Origin: Bugula neritina | Taxonomy: Eukaryota; Animalia; Bryozoa | Direction: 5' to 3' | Length of the DNA stretch: 64,000 bases | Assembly (NCBI GenBank): GCA_964035545.1 | Contig: OZ037767.1 | Span: forward strand, 4,542,707 to 4,606,706 | Part shown: in pieces, positions 1 through 13,300 of the stretch | Numbering within the stretch: position 1 is the first letter of the stretch | How the letters are laid out: every line of letters starts with the position of its first letter | The notes under the pieces: model-generated | Told to the model about the DNA's origin: nothing | Database searches by the model: none | Seen by the model: only the letters and a program-made list of their open reading frames with translations | Position numbers and translations under genes: made by a program

Positions 1-296
1 ACTTCTGTGTGAAACATTATGTCATGGAGCTACTGACTAAGATGTGCAAACAAACCAAGAAGAAAGACAACTGCTAAATAACACATTCACTATTAATAAG
101 GAAAGTATAAGTTATTACTTCAAACATGAAAACTGCAAACAATGCAGCTTAGAAAAAGAGTATCTATGTTTGTTGTCCTTGTCTTGTCTTGTCCTAATTG
201 AATGAAATGAGAATTAAATTCCGAAATAATATTTAATTAAAATCTTGTAATAATCTTCAAGCAGTATTACACTATATATAAGTGAACAGAGTTTAC

Positions 297-2158
297 CTTG
301 TAATAAGTTTAACGCAAATCAAAGCTCGAAGGATTAATGTTATATTTTTCACTGATCCGGCCTCTGGATCTTCTGAGCTGTTGCTTGCCGACAAGGGAGG
401 GACGAGAGTAGTCAGTAAATTTGGCAAAACCGACACAATTGTAGACACAAAGTCTATGATGTTCCAAGGGTCATACCAAAACCCCTGTGAAAAGAAAAAA
501 CAAAATGCAACACAAGTACTAGCAATAGGAGGCTTGCACCAATCTTCTTTTACACGTGTGTGTGTGCGTGTGTGTGCGTGTGCGTGTGCGTGCGTGTGTG
601 TGTGTGTGTGTGTATGTTAGAGGGATGCCATAAATTGCTATTACAGAAGCTACTAATTTCTATAAATATATATAAGTTATAATAAAAGTGCCATACTTTG
701 AGGTTCTCTAGCAGGGATAATAGTAATTGCAGTAGAAGTAAAACTGATACAGCTGTATCCACAAGGCAGAGAAGAATATAGAGTTTTGGTCTCTCAGACA
801 AAATACTTTCTCCGTGGTCTACAAAAAAATTTCATATATGCATCAGCAAATAATAATACCAGCTACAATCATTTATGTTTATTATATATATCTTAATGAT
901 TAGGGAAATTATGTAGAGTATCTTAAAGCATATAGCTTGCTTGAGAATGGTAAACTAGAAGTTACTTTTTTACTATTTAATATTGATTATCTTTTAAATA
1001 ATATTGAATAATAAAAAAGAGAACATTAATTTTATTATTTTTCTAAAACATTTAGCAAAGTGGAAATTCATAGAGAGAAGACATACCCAGATGAATGACA
1101 ATCAGTATGGCATTGATGATTACACCAATCACACAGCTTGCACCAAACAACCGAGACTCAGCTATCCAATGAGCCCATAGCTTAAGGGGAGTGAACTTTG
1201 AATGACGGCTTTTGAGCCGAGAAATATCTCTTTGGTTTTTATCAATTCTAGAGATTTTTCTTTCTTGCATAAGCTTTCTTGTGCTAAGATGACATAAAAT
1301 GGAATACCTTTTAGCAGAATGACTGTAAATTGTCATAAAGAATAAAATTAAAAGAAAGGTAGCAGCTGAGAAAGTATACTAGTGGCCATAGCTTCTTGCA
1401 ATTGTCATGACAACTATGAATGACATGAAGCATCAAATGACACATGCAGCTGTGACACATAGAGCAAGTGCCTGGAACTAGAATAGATAAAGAGACTGTT
1501 TGCATTCATAGGCTGTTGAGCTTTGCAAGCAGGAAAAAATAGAATTCTTATCATATATCAGCTCTAAAACTTTACAAGGTGTAAAATGCCATTAGTATTT
1601 ATTATTACTACTATAAGCTTTGAAAATTATAGAATATGCCATCAGACGTTACTGTGTTATCTAAAGACCAATTATCAAGCTATTTTTAGAGTTTTATTTT
1701 CAAGCCCTGCCAGAAAAGAAAATTAGCAAAAGAAACTTACTGGTTGAGTTTGGAAGAATCAAAATACACTGGAGTATCTCCTTTGTCAACTAAATAGCCG
1801 TCAGCAGAAACATTTTCTTGAAATTCACTGGCAAATATTTTCTTCTCTAATGTCAAGTCATCAATATCTGGCAGCTTAAAGTCTTGTATCAACTTTGCTC
1901 GAAATGTCAATGCTACATATAGTAAAACATGAATGATATGAATACTACAATGAAAATTTCATTTATAACTGCTGACCCATTCAAAATGTATTTCTCCTTT
2001 ACTAAGCAAACATTTAGATCAGCACCAGACTTACCTCTATTAGAAATAAGATCCATTTGCTCCTGTCGGAGTAATCTTTCATCCTTATTAATGATGAAAG
2101 CCTCACTTTGAGCAACCATTGTTGAGCTTGGAGAAATTTGAAATTTACATGATTTCAT
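297..2158 (-). CDS. CATSPER2: Cation channel sperm-associated protein 2 (CatSper2)-like, 5' portion; gene continues beyond the left edge
   Basis: Phase-consistent exons 2158(or 2119)-2035, 1912-1741, 1307-1087, 818-697, 484-297 with GT-AG boundaries. Peptides ALTFRAKLIQDFKL, QRDISRLKSRHSKFTPLKLWAHWIAESRLF, FWYDPWNIIDFVSTIVSVLP and LILRALICVKLITR match recalled CATSPER2 segments (ADAIRSRLIDTFSL, QRLLSRLHVRCSQRPPLSLWAGWVLE, FWKSAWNVFDFVVTMLSLLP, S4). Confidence 0.85.
555..613. repeat. (TG)n/(TGCG)n microsatellite, intronic
   Basis: Directly visible dinucleotide run. Confidence 0.95.
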
Positions 2159-3631
2159 TGCGATAAGCACAACTACAGACGCAATGAACTAATTCATTTT
2201 AAACAGTGAACAGAGTAAAAGGAATTTTAACAGTAGTTATGTCCTTATCATATAAATCACTACAACCATGCTCTAGGTGTGCATGCTGCATTCATTCTGA
2301 TACATATTTAGTTTTATAATATGCTAAAGCAAATTTAATCTATTCTCAAATATTGCAGCATAACCTCTATAAGGAAAGTTATGTAACATATTAACATTGA
2401 TTTAAATTTGGATTAGATGATAGGTTGCTATATTTAGGTTAGTGTGCAGATAAGGATTGTTTGCTAATGGGGTTTTGGGTATACAAAAATGATGTTAGTG
2501 TTATAAGAGTAATAAGTAGACGCATCTGATGTTACCAATACCTTTTAGAATTCCAAAACCAATTTGCCAATTTTGTATCATTTTGTTGCTAAGGGGTTAC
2601 ACTGGTCTAAATATTTTCATGGCCGTATAGAATGCATGCATCTTTTATAACCCACCTCATCTGTTGCAAAGACAGGATATGAGATACATTATGTTCGAAG
2701 TTACCAATGTCTATTTAAAACTGACGATTCAGCCATTAATTAAGAAGTGTGTTTTTAAACATTCAAATTAAATGAATTCACTTTTTCTTTGTGTTACTGA
2801 CAAACAAAATATGCAGTTATAAGTTTTATACATGTTTACCAGCTTCATGGTTAATATATTTAAAAACATCAGTCGGTTTTTTCTAATATTGAAAATTTGG
2901 CAACTCACACTACTGTCAATTTTATTTATAAGATCTATTGCTATTTATGTTATCTAATGTACATGTGCAGTATTAGCACTATATGATATTTATATAATCT
3001 CAAGTACAAGCATGTACGGTCTAAAACACCAATAGTATATATATTATCTAATATGTTTATGTACAGTTATAAGCAATCGATGCTATTTTGCCACCCGTTT
3101 GACTTTCTCTATCTTAGACAAGAGGTTATCCCACAAATCAGGTCTGTGGTACCAATTATGCACATCTTTGCTATATTCTTAAAATGACACTAAACTTTGC
3201 ATCATAAATTTAGTATGACCATACTATTGTTGTAAATGTATAAAAAGACAAAGGCATTCATTATATTTACAAATACAATATTTTGAATCAAGTAGAAAAT
3301 AAAAATTATCTCATACCAAATAGCAAGAGATGTAGCAATTAATCGGCAGCAATAACTATGACTAAACTTTACTCAAAGGGATTGACAGCATGAGTACGAT
3401 CATACCCACAAAGCATTTCATCACAAACATATTACAGTTGTATGGCAGTATCCAAATATGACAAATTGAAGCATTATCATACAAACAAGTAAGCAGACCG
3501 AAAGAAGGTATATACTTTATATATTTTATACAATAGTCATATGTTTTACACCTGTAAACACTATAAAGTATTCATGCATAGAGGAAAGTTATAATCTGGC
3601 AGTATTTTTGATATTGTTGATGTCATATCCT

Positions 3632-4694
3632 CTACGTAGCTATTCCTTGAGGTCTAGAGCCTATTTCAGGTACTATGCTGTGTTTATTTAGCATGTCATT
3701 GAACTCTTCACTGTTGAATAGTCCATTACTTGCTGAAGAGAATAGAGGTTGAGTGTTGCCATTACTGTCATAGAAAGGATCTGCTTCTACATTCCTACAA
3801 AATGAATAAACAGAGTAATAACAGAGTAGTATAACCATTACTGGTTTGCCAACATTAAAGATTTATCTTTGGGAGGAAATTATAGATCTGTGTTGAGTAA
3901 TTGTTTTCATTAGAAGTGTTCTGTTGTATTTCTTCTTTACGTTTTAACAGTGACTGGCAGTAAAAGCTGTTTTCTACTCATCAATTCAGCTAGTTATAGA
4001 CAAACTACAAACATTTCTTTAACAACTTACAACTTTAGATTAGTAAAACAATTACAGTGATTAACACAAATTTAATTATTACACAATTTATATTACAAGA
4101 GAGTCAAGTCATGGTAATGTTAGAATAAACATTCAGTTGAAATAAAGTGAAACTATCTAACAGTGTTACTTTATAGTTTGTTTTTAAAAAGAATTTGCAC
4201 AACAGGGCTTGTTCGAAGCTCTTAATTTCGATGACCGTAATCACAAAAGAACAGGAAATAAACAAAACGAATTATGCATACACACCCTGCTACTTCTCCA
4301 GAGTGAGTAATTGGCAGCTTTTGTGCTGCCTGTAACACGCTGCCAGCAACAGCGGTGGAAGGACCTCTAGTGGCAGGTGAGAGCTTTGTTGTTCCATTCA
4401 TTCGAGCAAATAAGTACCGGAGTACCTTTTCCTTCTGTTCCCAAGTAAGATCGGCTATATCCACCCGACCCCCTCCACTAGGCTGCGCCCTGAAATACAT
4501 ATTACATAATGCCTAGCAGCAAATCTACGGGTTTTCCAGTTGAAGTCTTGTTTCTCTTTACAACAAGACATCAAATAATGAACAACATAAGTCATAACCT
4601 CTGTGCAGCATGCAATATATTATAGTGCTTCTGCTATACACCTTATATGTCTAATTGTTGGCTGAGTGTGTACTGAAAAGCCTAGTCCATAGAC

Positions 4695-4787
<93 letters not shown>

Positions 4788-4806
4788 GTATATATATATG
4801 TATATA

Positions 4807-4885
<79 letters not shown>

Positions 4886-7800
4886 AAATACTTATATAAT
4901 ATTTTCTATAATATAATCAAAGTTAGATTTCTTGTAATAACGTTAAATCTGTAACAATGTAGTTACCAACAATATATTTATATAGGTTATACTGATATAT
5001 TGATGCATGTTGGTATGGTGCAGTATATTGCTCATATAACTACAATATTAAGGCATGCAAAAGGTAACAACATGATATAATAATATAATTATAGAACATG
5101 TATGCTAAGTTCACGGTGCTGCATTTTAAAGAATCTACAATGCTGCCTTACTTTTCCAGAACTTTCTGTGCTTTCCTTAAACACAAGAAATCACGGAACT
5201 TTTATTAACTCTGTCATTGAGGACTTCTTCGAGAAATGTATACTACAATATGGCTGCTATGACTGAAACCTTATATAATAGCTTATCAATAGTAGTGGAA
5301 TTTAGTAAAGTTTGGAAACACTTTGTGTAATTTTATTACATTGCATGTTTTCAGAATTGGCTTTATCCAGAGTAGGAATATCACATCTCAACTTGTTGAT
5401 AGTAAAAAGCATCATTTATATAAGTTTTAAAATCACGAATTCCATCTTATAAACATAATGATATTAATGAAGTAATTTTCATTTCTTGTAGGCCTATACA
5501 AAAATATAATGTCAACTTTTGCTGTAAACTAAATTCAATAATGCACATGCATGCATGCACACACGTCTTATAATATTATTGTGTAAGATTTTCTCAATGC
5601 ATATACTTACAACTTCTCGGCAGCCTCAAGATCCCGGAAGACACTGTTGGTACTCGTATCACTCTTGTTAAATGTTCTGACTTTTGGAAACTCAGCGTTA
5701 CCAGAAAATGCTTCTAGCATTTTCCTGTTGTATGCTTTGTTAGCGGCCTTCTTGTACTCTAATCTGTATAATAAATAGTAGTGATAATATAGTGAGTATA
5801 ATATAGCGAGTATAATATATAAATAGTAGTCTGTAGTAGTGAGTATAATACTGGTTGTGATGAGTATCAAGATATATGCTCAAACCTCAAAACATTTGCA
5901 AAATCTAGGAGCAATAGCCCAGTTAAAAAATTATCTGAAGTTACCTTTATAATATAATGTAGAAAAGAAATCATAAAACAAAAAAAAAAAGGTTTAAAAT
6001 ACTCAAGTGCTGCAAAGTGCATTATTGCAATCACATTTGAGTCTTTTGTAAAGTAAAAATTTTTGAACTTTATAATAAAAAAATGTTTAAATGGCTGTCA
6101 AATAGTTAGCTCAACAAATCTTTTGCTTCATTAGCTACATGTGATTAAAATTATTACTTCTTTGTCCATTCTTATTGTTTCAGATGAAGAAACTTTTCAT
6201 CGAACTTTAAAGAAAATGAGACAATCTTATACCTTACATCAGCTACCAGTCAAAGAGTTTCAAGAATACACTAGAGGAAAACATACTGGTTCAGTAGAAT
6301 TTCCTGTTTGACGTGGTCAAGACTTTCTAGGAAAAATCTCTCAATGTCATTACGTTCTGTCAGAATTTTCTTGGCCAGTTTTCTAACCCTTGAGCACTCT
6401 TTTGTCTTCATTTCCACTTCCCTTTGTAAGGCAAGTATTTGCTGACGAGACTCTTCATGAATGGCATCACAGCGCTGTAGGAGTTGTGATCTCTCACACC
6501 CAAACTCTCGGATCATGTGATTCAGTATTGATTCCAATGAATCCACGTTATTGTTGAGCTGAAACAAACATGCGACAATCAATATAGTCAATAAATAAAT
6601 AAGTTCTGCTCTTGATTAGTAAAACTGTAAATTATGACTAGTTAGTTTTAAGTAACTGAAACTACAATCTACTTTAATGTAATAGTATAAAGTTGTTGCT
6701 GGTAACCTCTTTGAGTTTTTGTGATTTCTTTTCGCTGTCGATTTCTTTTTCTTTAATTACTGCTTTACTATTTTCTTCCTCAGCAGAAAGCAGAGAGTGT
6801 TCGCTGGTTAGTCTGTGATTCAACTTTTTCAGCAGTTCCTCTTCTTTGATTCGCTCACTCAGCTGTTCAGCCAATGACATGTTTTCTTTATATACTTGTC
6901 TTGTTGTTTCATCCAAGTTACTAAAAACAGAAATTTATAAATTTAGTAAACTGAACTTTGTGAATGTACATAAAATTGTTGTCACTAGGCCATTCCTACA
7001 GTTGAGAATGTGAAGTTAACTGACTTTAACACTCCCAATGACATAACATACCTATAGCCCATTATACAATGAAATTTTGTATTATTTGGTCTCTTTTAAT
7101 AAAAAAAAGATAAGAATAAACTATCATAAAAAGCAAGCTTTTTTAGATAATCATATCCTAGAAATTGTACTTTATGATTTACTTATCCAAGAGTTTAGTC
7201 TATTGCAAGTTCCCAAAAAAGAAAACCAATTACAGCAAGTTAAGACCTTCAAGATCTCTCACCAAAAGTTAGTTACTTACGCCATTGCTTCCTGGTGCGC
7301 CCTGTCACCTAGTTCACTGATTTTTTGATCAGCTTCTTTTTGTAGAGAAATTCTTTCTTCTAGAAATTTCTGTTCCAATCTAGAACTTTCTTCCTTGTGC
7401 TCTCTGTTAGACAGGAACATGTTTTCTCTGATTTCATCTAATTCTCTTTGCATTAGAGCTCGCTTCTTCCTGAATTCCTGTTAATTAAAGAGAAAACAAT
7501 TCCTGTGAATATTTAAATAATACAACTCTATAAATATTTATAGAAAACAAAGCACACTGTATAATATTCTCAATACAAATCTGACCTTTGCTCACTAAAT
7601 ATGCTTGCAAATCAAAAAGGATACATTATCTTTACTCCATTATTAAACTGACTATAAACTTTTAGTTCCCTAAACATGAAAAATATGTTTCAAAAGTTGT
7701 TTTATTTGCTTGTCATAATGTCATATAACAAAAATAAAAAAATTGTGTAACCACCCAATACCCATAACTTAAAAAGCTACTGCAACTGCTGCATAAGTTT

Positions 7801-9883
7801 TTGTGTTATATATAGTAGAAGAAAAAAAAATTTTATAAAGTATATTTTACAACAATTATAATTATTTTTATTATTGCTGATCAGCCCTATGACAGGTGTC
7901 TTTAGCTTTTGTGTCTCAAATTATTTCGAAAGAATACAATAACAAATATTCAGAGTGTACCATGTGTCTTAAAACCAAATAATTATTATCTAGCTCTAAA
8001 AAGGCTGTAACAAAGACCATTCTTACAAAGTAACATGACCTACAGTATGACTTGTAGCACCACTTCTCATACAAGTGTAAGTTCACACCTTGACATGCAT
8101 CAGTTCATTTTGTAGCAACCCAATGTCCTCCTGCTTCTTGATAATCTGCTTTTCTAAGCCACCGATACGCTGATTGAACTCATCAACTAAGCTCTGCTTT
8201 TCCAATCTGTGATGACGTTTGTGTTTCTTCAAGTCTGCCTCTAATTGTTCAACCTGAAGATTATCATAAAAATATACTTTAGCAAACTTACATACATAAC
8301 CTCATGTAGGCAATAGAACACAATTAAAAAATGTAGTTGAAAAAAATTTATGATCGACATTGTAAACACCTTTCTATCTTTTCTCTGATCTTCTTTCTTC
8401 AAGAAAGTTACCACATCAATGGTGTCGGTCTCCGTTTCTCTCATTAAATTCATTAACAATTCATTTTCTATCGCTAAATCTTGTGCATTTTGTCTGTGAA
8501 TAAATAATAAAATCACATCACAATCACATATTATTAGTCATTATAATTGCACACACCAGATATACATATACAAATACATATGATTATATCATTACATGCA
8601 TTATATAAGTATTACAGAATATAAATTGCATACACACACATGTATTATATTACCTGTAGTCATTTTTAGTATCAACAAGTGCTTGATGCCGTGCTTCCCA
8701 TAATCCCGAATCAGCTGCCGCTTGCTCTCTAATCCGCAATTCTTTTGCCAGCTTTTTCTCAGCTTTTCTGCAAAACATGAGTGTGCAAACACAAATACAT
8801 GTGATGCAACAAGATGTGTATCAACATATGTGCAAGTATGATTTAATATGTTTCAATAACAAGCCTTTGCAAATAATCTACCTATATTTATGTAAAAGCT
8901 TTCTGTATTTCTGTATATAAATTCTATGTATGGCTTACAAAAACTGCTTTTTTAATTAACCTACATTTCATATTTGCAGCATGAAGGCATTCATAGTATT
9001 TTTAAGTCTTAAGACTCTGCAATACTTGATTTTAACAAAAACTTATTAATTTATTTATTTATTTAAACTCAATTACAAATTATACGCTGCCAAAAAATTC
9101 ATTAAACAACCAAAAGAACAAAAACTTTTAAACCATTACACCAAAACAATGTGTAGTATACTTAAACTTGAACTGTTCAATTAGTAGAGTGCAGGGTAAC
9201 AATGAAAATATAGTATGGAGTAATGGCTATCAGTGCAAGTTGTTTACAACAGCTGTTTAAGGATTACAAGCTGAATGCTACAACAGAAATACATGTGAGA
9301 TTCTCTCACAGTTGGTACAGTTTTATACACTCTAAAAAGTGTATATGAAAACTAGCTTACATTCTCTCCATTAACTTTGATTCTAAACTGAAATAATATT
9401 TTATTCGACATATCATAATTATGCACACACAAAAGTGAAAAATAATTTGAAATCAAAATGTCTGAACTTCGGACTAGTAGTAACTAACAATTCTCAACAA
9501 CGATTTGACCCAACTATTTAGTGTTGAAGGTTTATTTTGAGAAAACTTTTTATTTGATTACAGCTCACACTTTGATGCTCATTTCAATTAAAATAGAAAT
9601 TCAAAACTGCTTTATTGCCCATTCCCCAGTAATTATTAACTTATAATTTGTAGCAGATTGCCAATGGTATAAACTGGTTTAGTTCATTCAACCTCATCTT
9701 TAGTATTTCAGTATTTTTTTACTTTCTTTAGGCGTTATTTTTGCCTAAAAAATTAAATAATAATAAACTGTAATAGCAATCATACTTTTAAAAAGAACTC
9801 AGAAGTATAAGTAATGGCACTTACTTGCCTTTCTTCCCGGATTTGCCTTTCTTTCCCTTTCCTTTCTTTTTGCCTTTAGCCAT
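3632..9883 (-). CDS. BBOF1: Basal body-orientation factor 1 (CCDC176), coiled-coil ciliary protein
   Basis: Exons 9883-9825, 8767-8654, 8493-8370, 8253-8089, 7477-7281, 6920-6707, 6558-6287, 5763-5611, 4489-4286, 3794-3632. Lys/Gly-rich start [46 protein letters not shown] and [24 protein letters not shown] are BBOF1 hallmarks. Confidence 0.92.
4701..4888. repeat. (TA)n microsatellite with TG/CA interruptions
   Basis: Directly visible; explains the spurious YIYI ORFs. Confidence 0.97.
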
Positions 9884-10383
9884 TTTTGTTGATATTTTAA
9901 TTCAGGTTCTATACAAAAGATTAGGTTTTAAATTCTGTACTAATGCATATTATAAACTGAATAAAAAATGTTTAGTTAATATTTCGCTTAATAACAAAGC
10001 TCATAGTTCATCTTGTTCATCTTGATAAAGTTACTACATAATTTGCAGAACTTGTATAACTTTGTGTAACAAAATTTAACGGAAATAGAGTGTTGTTGCT
10101 ATGACGATATGAAAGTATAAAATATTTGATGAACAAAAAATATTCAATAATCTTTTCAAAATTTGTTTTTATAGTACTTTTTGCACAACAATTGTAAAAA
10201 AATTGAAATAAGAAATTTTTTTGACTAGGCTTAGAACTTGATCCTAACGCAAAATGTCGATTTCCGGTAAACTTTCTCAAATGGAAAATCAAGAGTAAAA
10301 GTACGATTAATTAGATTATCATTCTCATTTTAAGTACCATTGGTATAATTATAATAGTTATTGTTAAAAAGTTGAAATAAAAA
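9884..10383. promoter_or_regulatory. Putative bidirectional promoter region between BBOF1 and SART1
   Basis: Divergent ATGs 500 bp apart; contains an X-box-like GTTGCTATGACGAT (10095-10108) and an ETS-like TTCCGG (about 10262). Confidence 0.6.
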
Positions 10384-13300
10384 ATGGGTTCTTCAAAGAA
10401 ATCTAAAGACAAAGATCGAGAACATAAAAAGAAGAAAAAGCATAGATCATCAAGGAGTAAATCAAGGTACAGTTCTGAGTTCAGTTCACTGTTCAGTGTT
10501 CAGACTCGGTGTTCAGACTCAGTGTTCAGGTTCTGATTCATCACCATGATCATAATTATAATTATAATGATAATCATCATTTTGGCTATTTATAGGCACA
10601 TGCCATATGATGCTGTTTAAGATCAAAATGAAGATGAATGCCATTGCATTAGATTGAAATTAAAATAGAAAATCAAAATGAAATTACAATCTTGAATCAA
10701 GAATAAGTGTTATGCTGGTCATCAGTGTCATCTAATAACAATTTTATTATAGTTGTGGTAATATCATAGTCATAAGGATGATCATAATTTATTGTATAAA
10801 TTAAATAATCAACTGCTTATACAGTCCTAGGAAAAACCCATAAAGTTTTTATATTTCTAATTTAAAACAATAAAACTGGTGTTATTTTGTGAGCTCTTGA
10901 ACTCAATTTGTAACCTTTTTTTTTCTTTGCCCTGTGCTGAATGGCAAACTAATTTTTTAAAGTAAAATAATTTTTTCCCAATAAATTAGATTATATGATT
11001 ACAAACTGTTTTGTGTTCTTTTACAGAGAAAGAAAAGAGCGGAAAGATATTAACCGGTCTAGAAGTCGCTCAAGGTATTGCAGTGTATATAATATTTTAT
11101 AAATCTTATAAATTATAAAAACATTTGAACATTTAAGTTAATCAAATCAGTACAATTTTCTTAGATGGTACCATAACTTCTGTATTTAGAGAAAGAAAAG
11201 ACCGGAAAGAGACTGCAAGATCTAGAAGTCGATCAAGGTACGTAATGGTTTTACATAGCTCAGCCTTTAAACTGCAATTGAACTAGCTTTTTAGTTTTTA
11301 GTCAAACTGATGGATTAGATAACACTAGTTTAAAATAATACTGTTTACAGAGAAAGAAAAGACCGCAAGGATGCCGCAAGATCTAGAAGTAGATCCAGGT
11401 AACATTTTATCATACTTATAGCTTTTCTACTGCTGAACAAAGTCAGTTATGACATTGCTTTCTCTATGTACCAATTATAGGTTTGTGTAAAGCAGTAACA
11501 TTTTGTAGAGAAAGAAAACAGAGGAAGATTTCAGATTCAGTGCAAATAAAAGAAGAAAAGGTGTTAGTTCAAGAAGATTTAAAGAAAGAAAAGGAAGTAT
11601 TGGTGGAGGATGTGAAGGTGGAAAACGAACTGCAGGCTGGTGAAGTTCCAGAAGAGAAAGAATCTCTGAAGGATGATATACATCAACCTGCAGTGAACAT
11701 TGCTGAAGTTAAAAAGACTGCATTGATTAGAGAAAAGATGTTGGCCGCGAAAGAAAAAAGAAAAGTTAATGCAAAACTTGGGTATGTAAAAGTCTTTAAC
11801 ATCATTTGACTTCAGCTGCTTTCAACTTTTGAGTGCTGCGTGGTTTTTCAGACTACATATTAATATTGTATTACGGCACAACTATGTATTCGGATTGCCA
11901 AGTTTCGAGGTGAATTAAAATTGTTTTCTGGTAATCTGCTTGTCTTTCTATCTTGTTGACATGCTTTTTTTAGTCTTTCATAAGATTCTGAAGTTTCTAA
12001 GACTAATTGTTTAACATTAGAAGTTTGTGAAAATTTTGCATGTACCAATGAAATATTAAATTGAAGCTTTTTAAGAGCAGCATTTGAAACATGCTGATAG
12101 TTTTTTTCGTAAAATATAAACTAGTTTTAATAAGAAGCACTGGAAGTCACAAGGTCCGATGTGCTTTACATAGGAAACATTACCTAAATACTGTCAGGGT
12201 GAAATTTTGATTTAAAATTGTAGTATTCTTATATTTTTAAGCTCTGTAAATCCAAATGCATTGGTGTTTTGAAGCACGCGCTATTATGCAATAATTATTA
12301 ATGAATTTTGCTGCAGAAAAGTGAAAACTCTGGCTGATTCCGACGGGGAAGATGACAGTGCGAGTAGCTGGGTGAGGAAGCAAAAGAAGAGAGACATGGT
12401 GAGGTTATGTGTGCTATCTTCTCCTAGTCAAATTGAAATATTCTCATCAGCGGAGTTGTCTTCTTTTGTTGTAAAAAGTGTTATAAATCAACAATACAGT
12501 AATGGGTTGTGATGAAATGTGTAATGCTGATGGTATCTGATATAATCAAATGTTCCTTGGATTTAGATGTGAATGCACACCTGAGTTCACAATTTCATTA
12601 TTTTGTTTGGCAGGAAAAAAAGCGTGCCGAAGAGAGAGCTAAGTTATTAGATCAAATGGATGAAGAGTTTGGTATCAGCTCTTTGGTTGAGAAGGAAATG
12701 AAACCGACAGGTCCATCTTACACAAGCCGTGACCTCAAAGGTCTCAAGGTCGCACATGATCAGGCTATGTTTAAGGAAGGAGCCACTACTATCCTCACAT
12801 TGGCTGATAAAGGTGAGACATGCACTGATACATGTGTGAATTGATTGGACAGCCAGTTAAGCTAATGATCTGATTACATACCCACTGCTCCACACCATTC
12901 TTACAGTAATGGGTTACGCATCATTTAGATGATGCGCCCTCCATGTTGTATTTCACTCTTTCAAGCATGTCAACCAGTGTACATTGCCTTCTTTTTAAGT
13001 TTTTTTCGTGATACAATTTTAGCAAAAATCTATTTATTAGCCATTATGTATAACCTACTACCTAATTATACATTACTTCAATTCAAAGGACTAAAATTTT
13101 GTCTCGTACCAATTCCCTTAATAACAGTCTCACCAAACATAAGTCATTATAATACACGTGTCTGAAATCAAGTGTATTGCTGCAGGTGTTCTTGATGAAG
13201 ATGGAGATGAACTTATGAACGTCAACATACATGATTTGGAAAGAACAGAAAAGAATCTTGCAAATAAAAAGGCAAAGCCTTCCTATAATCCATATGATAT

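Noticed and set aside
4620-4954. YIYI-repeat ORFs
   Set aside because: Artefacts of the (TA)n microsatellite
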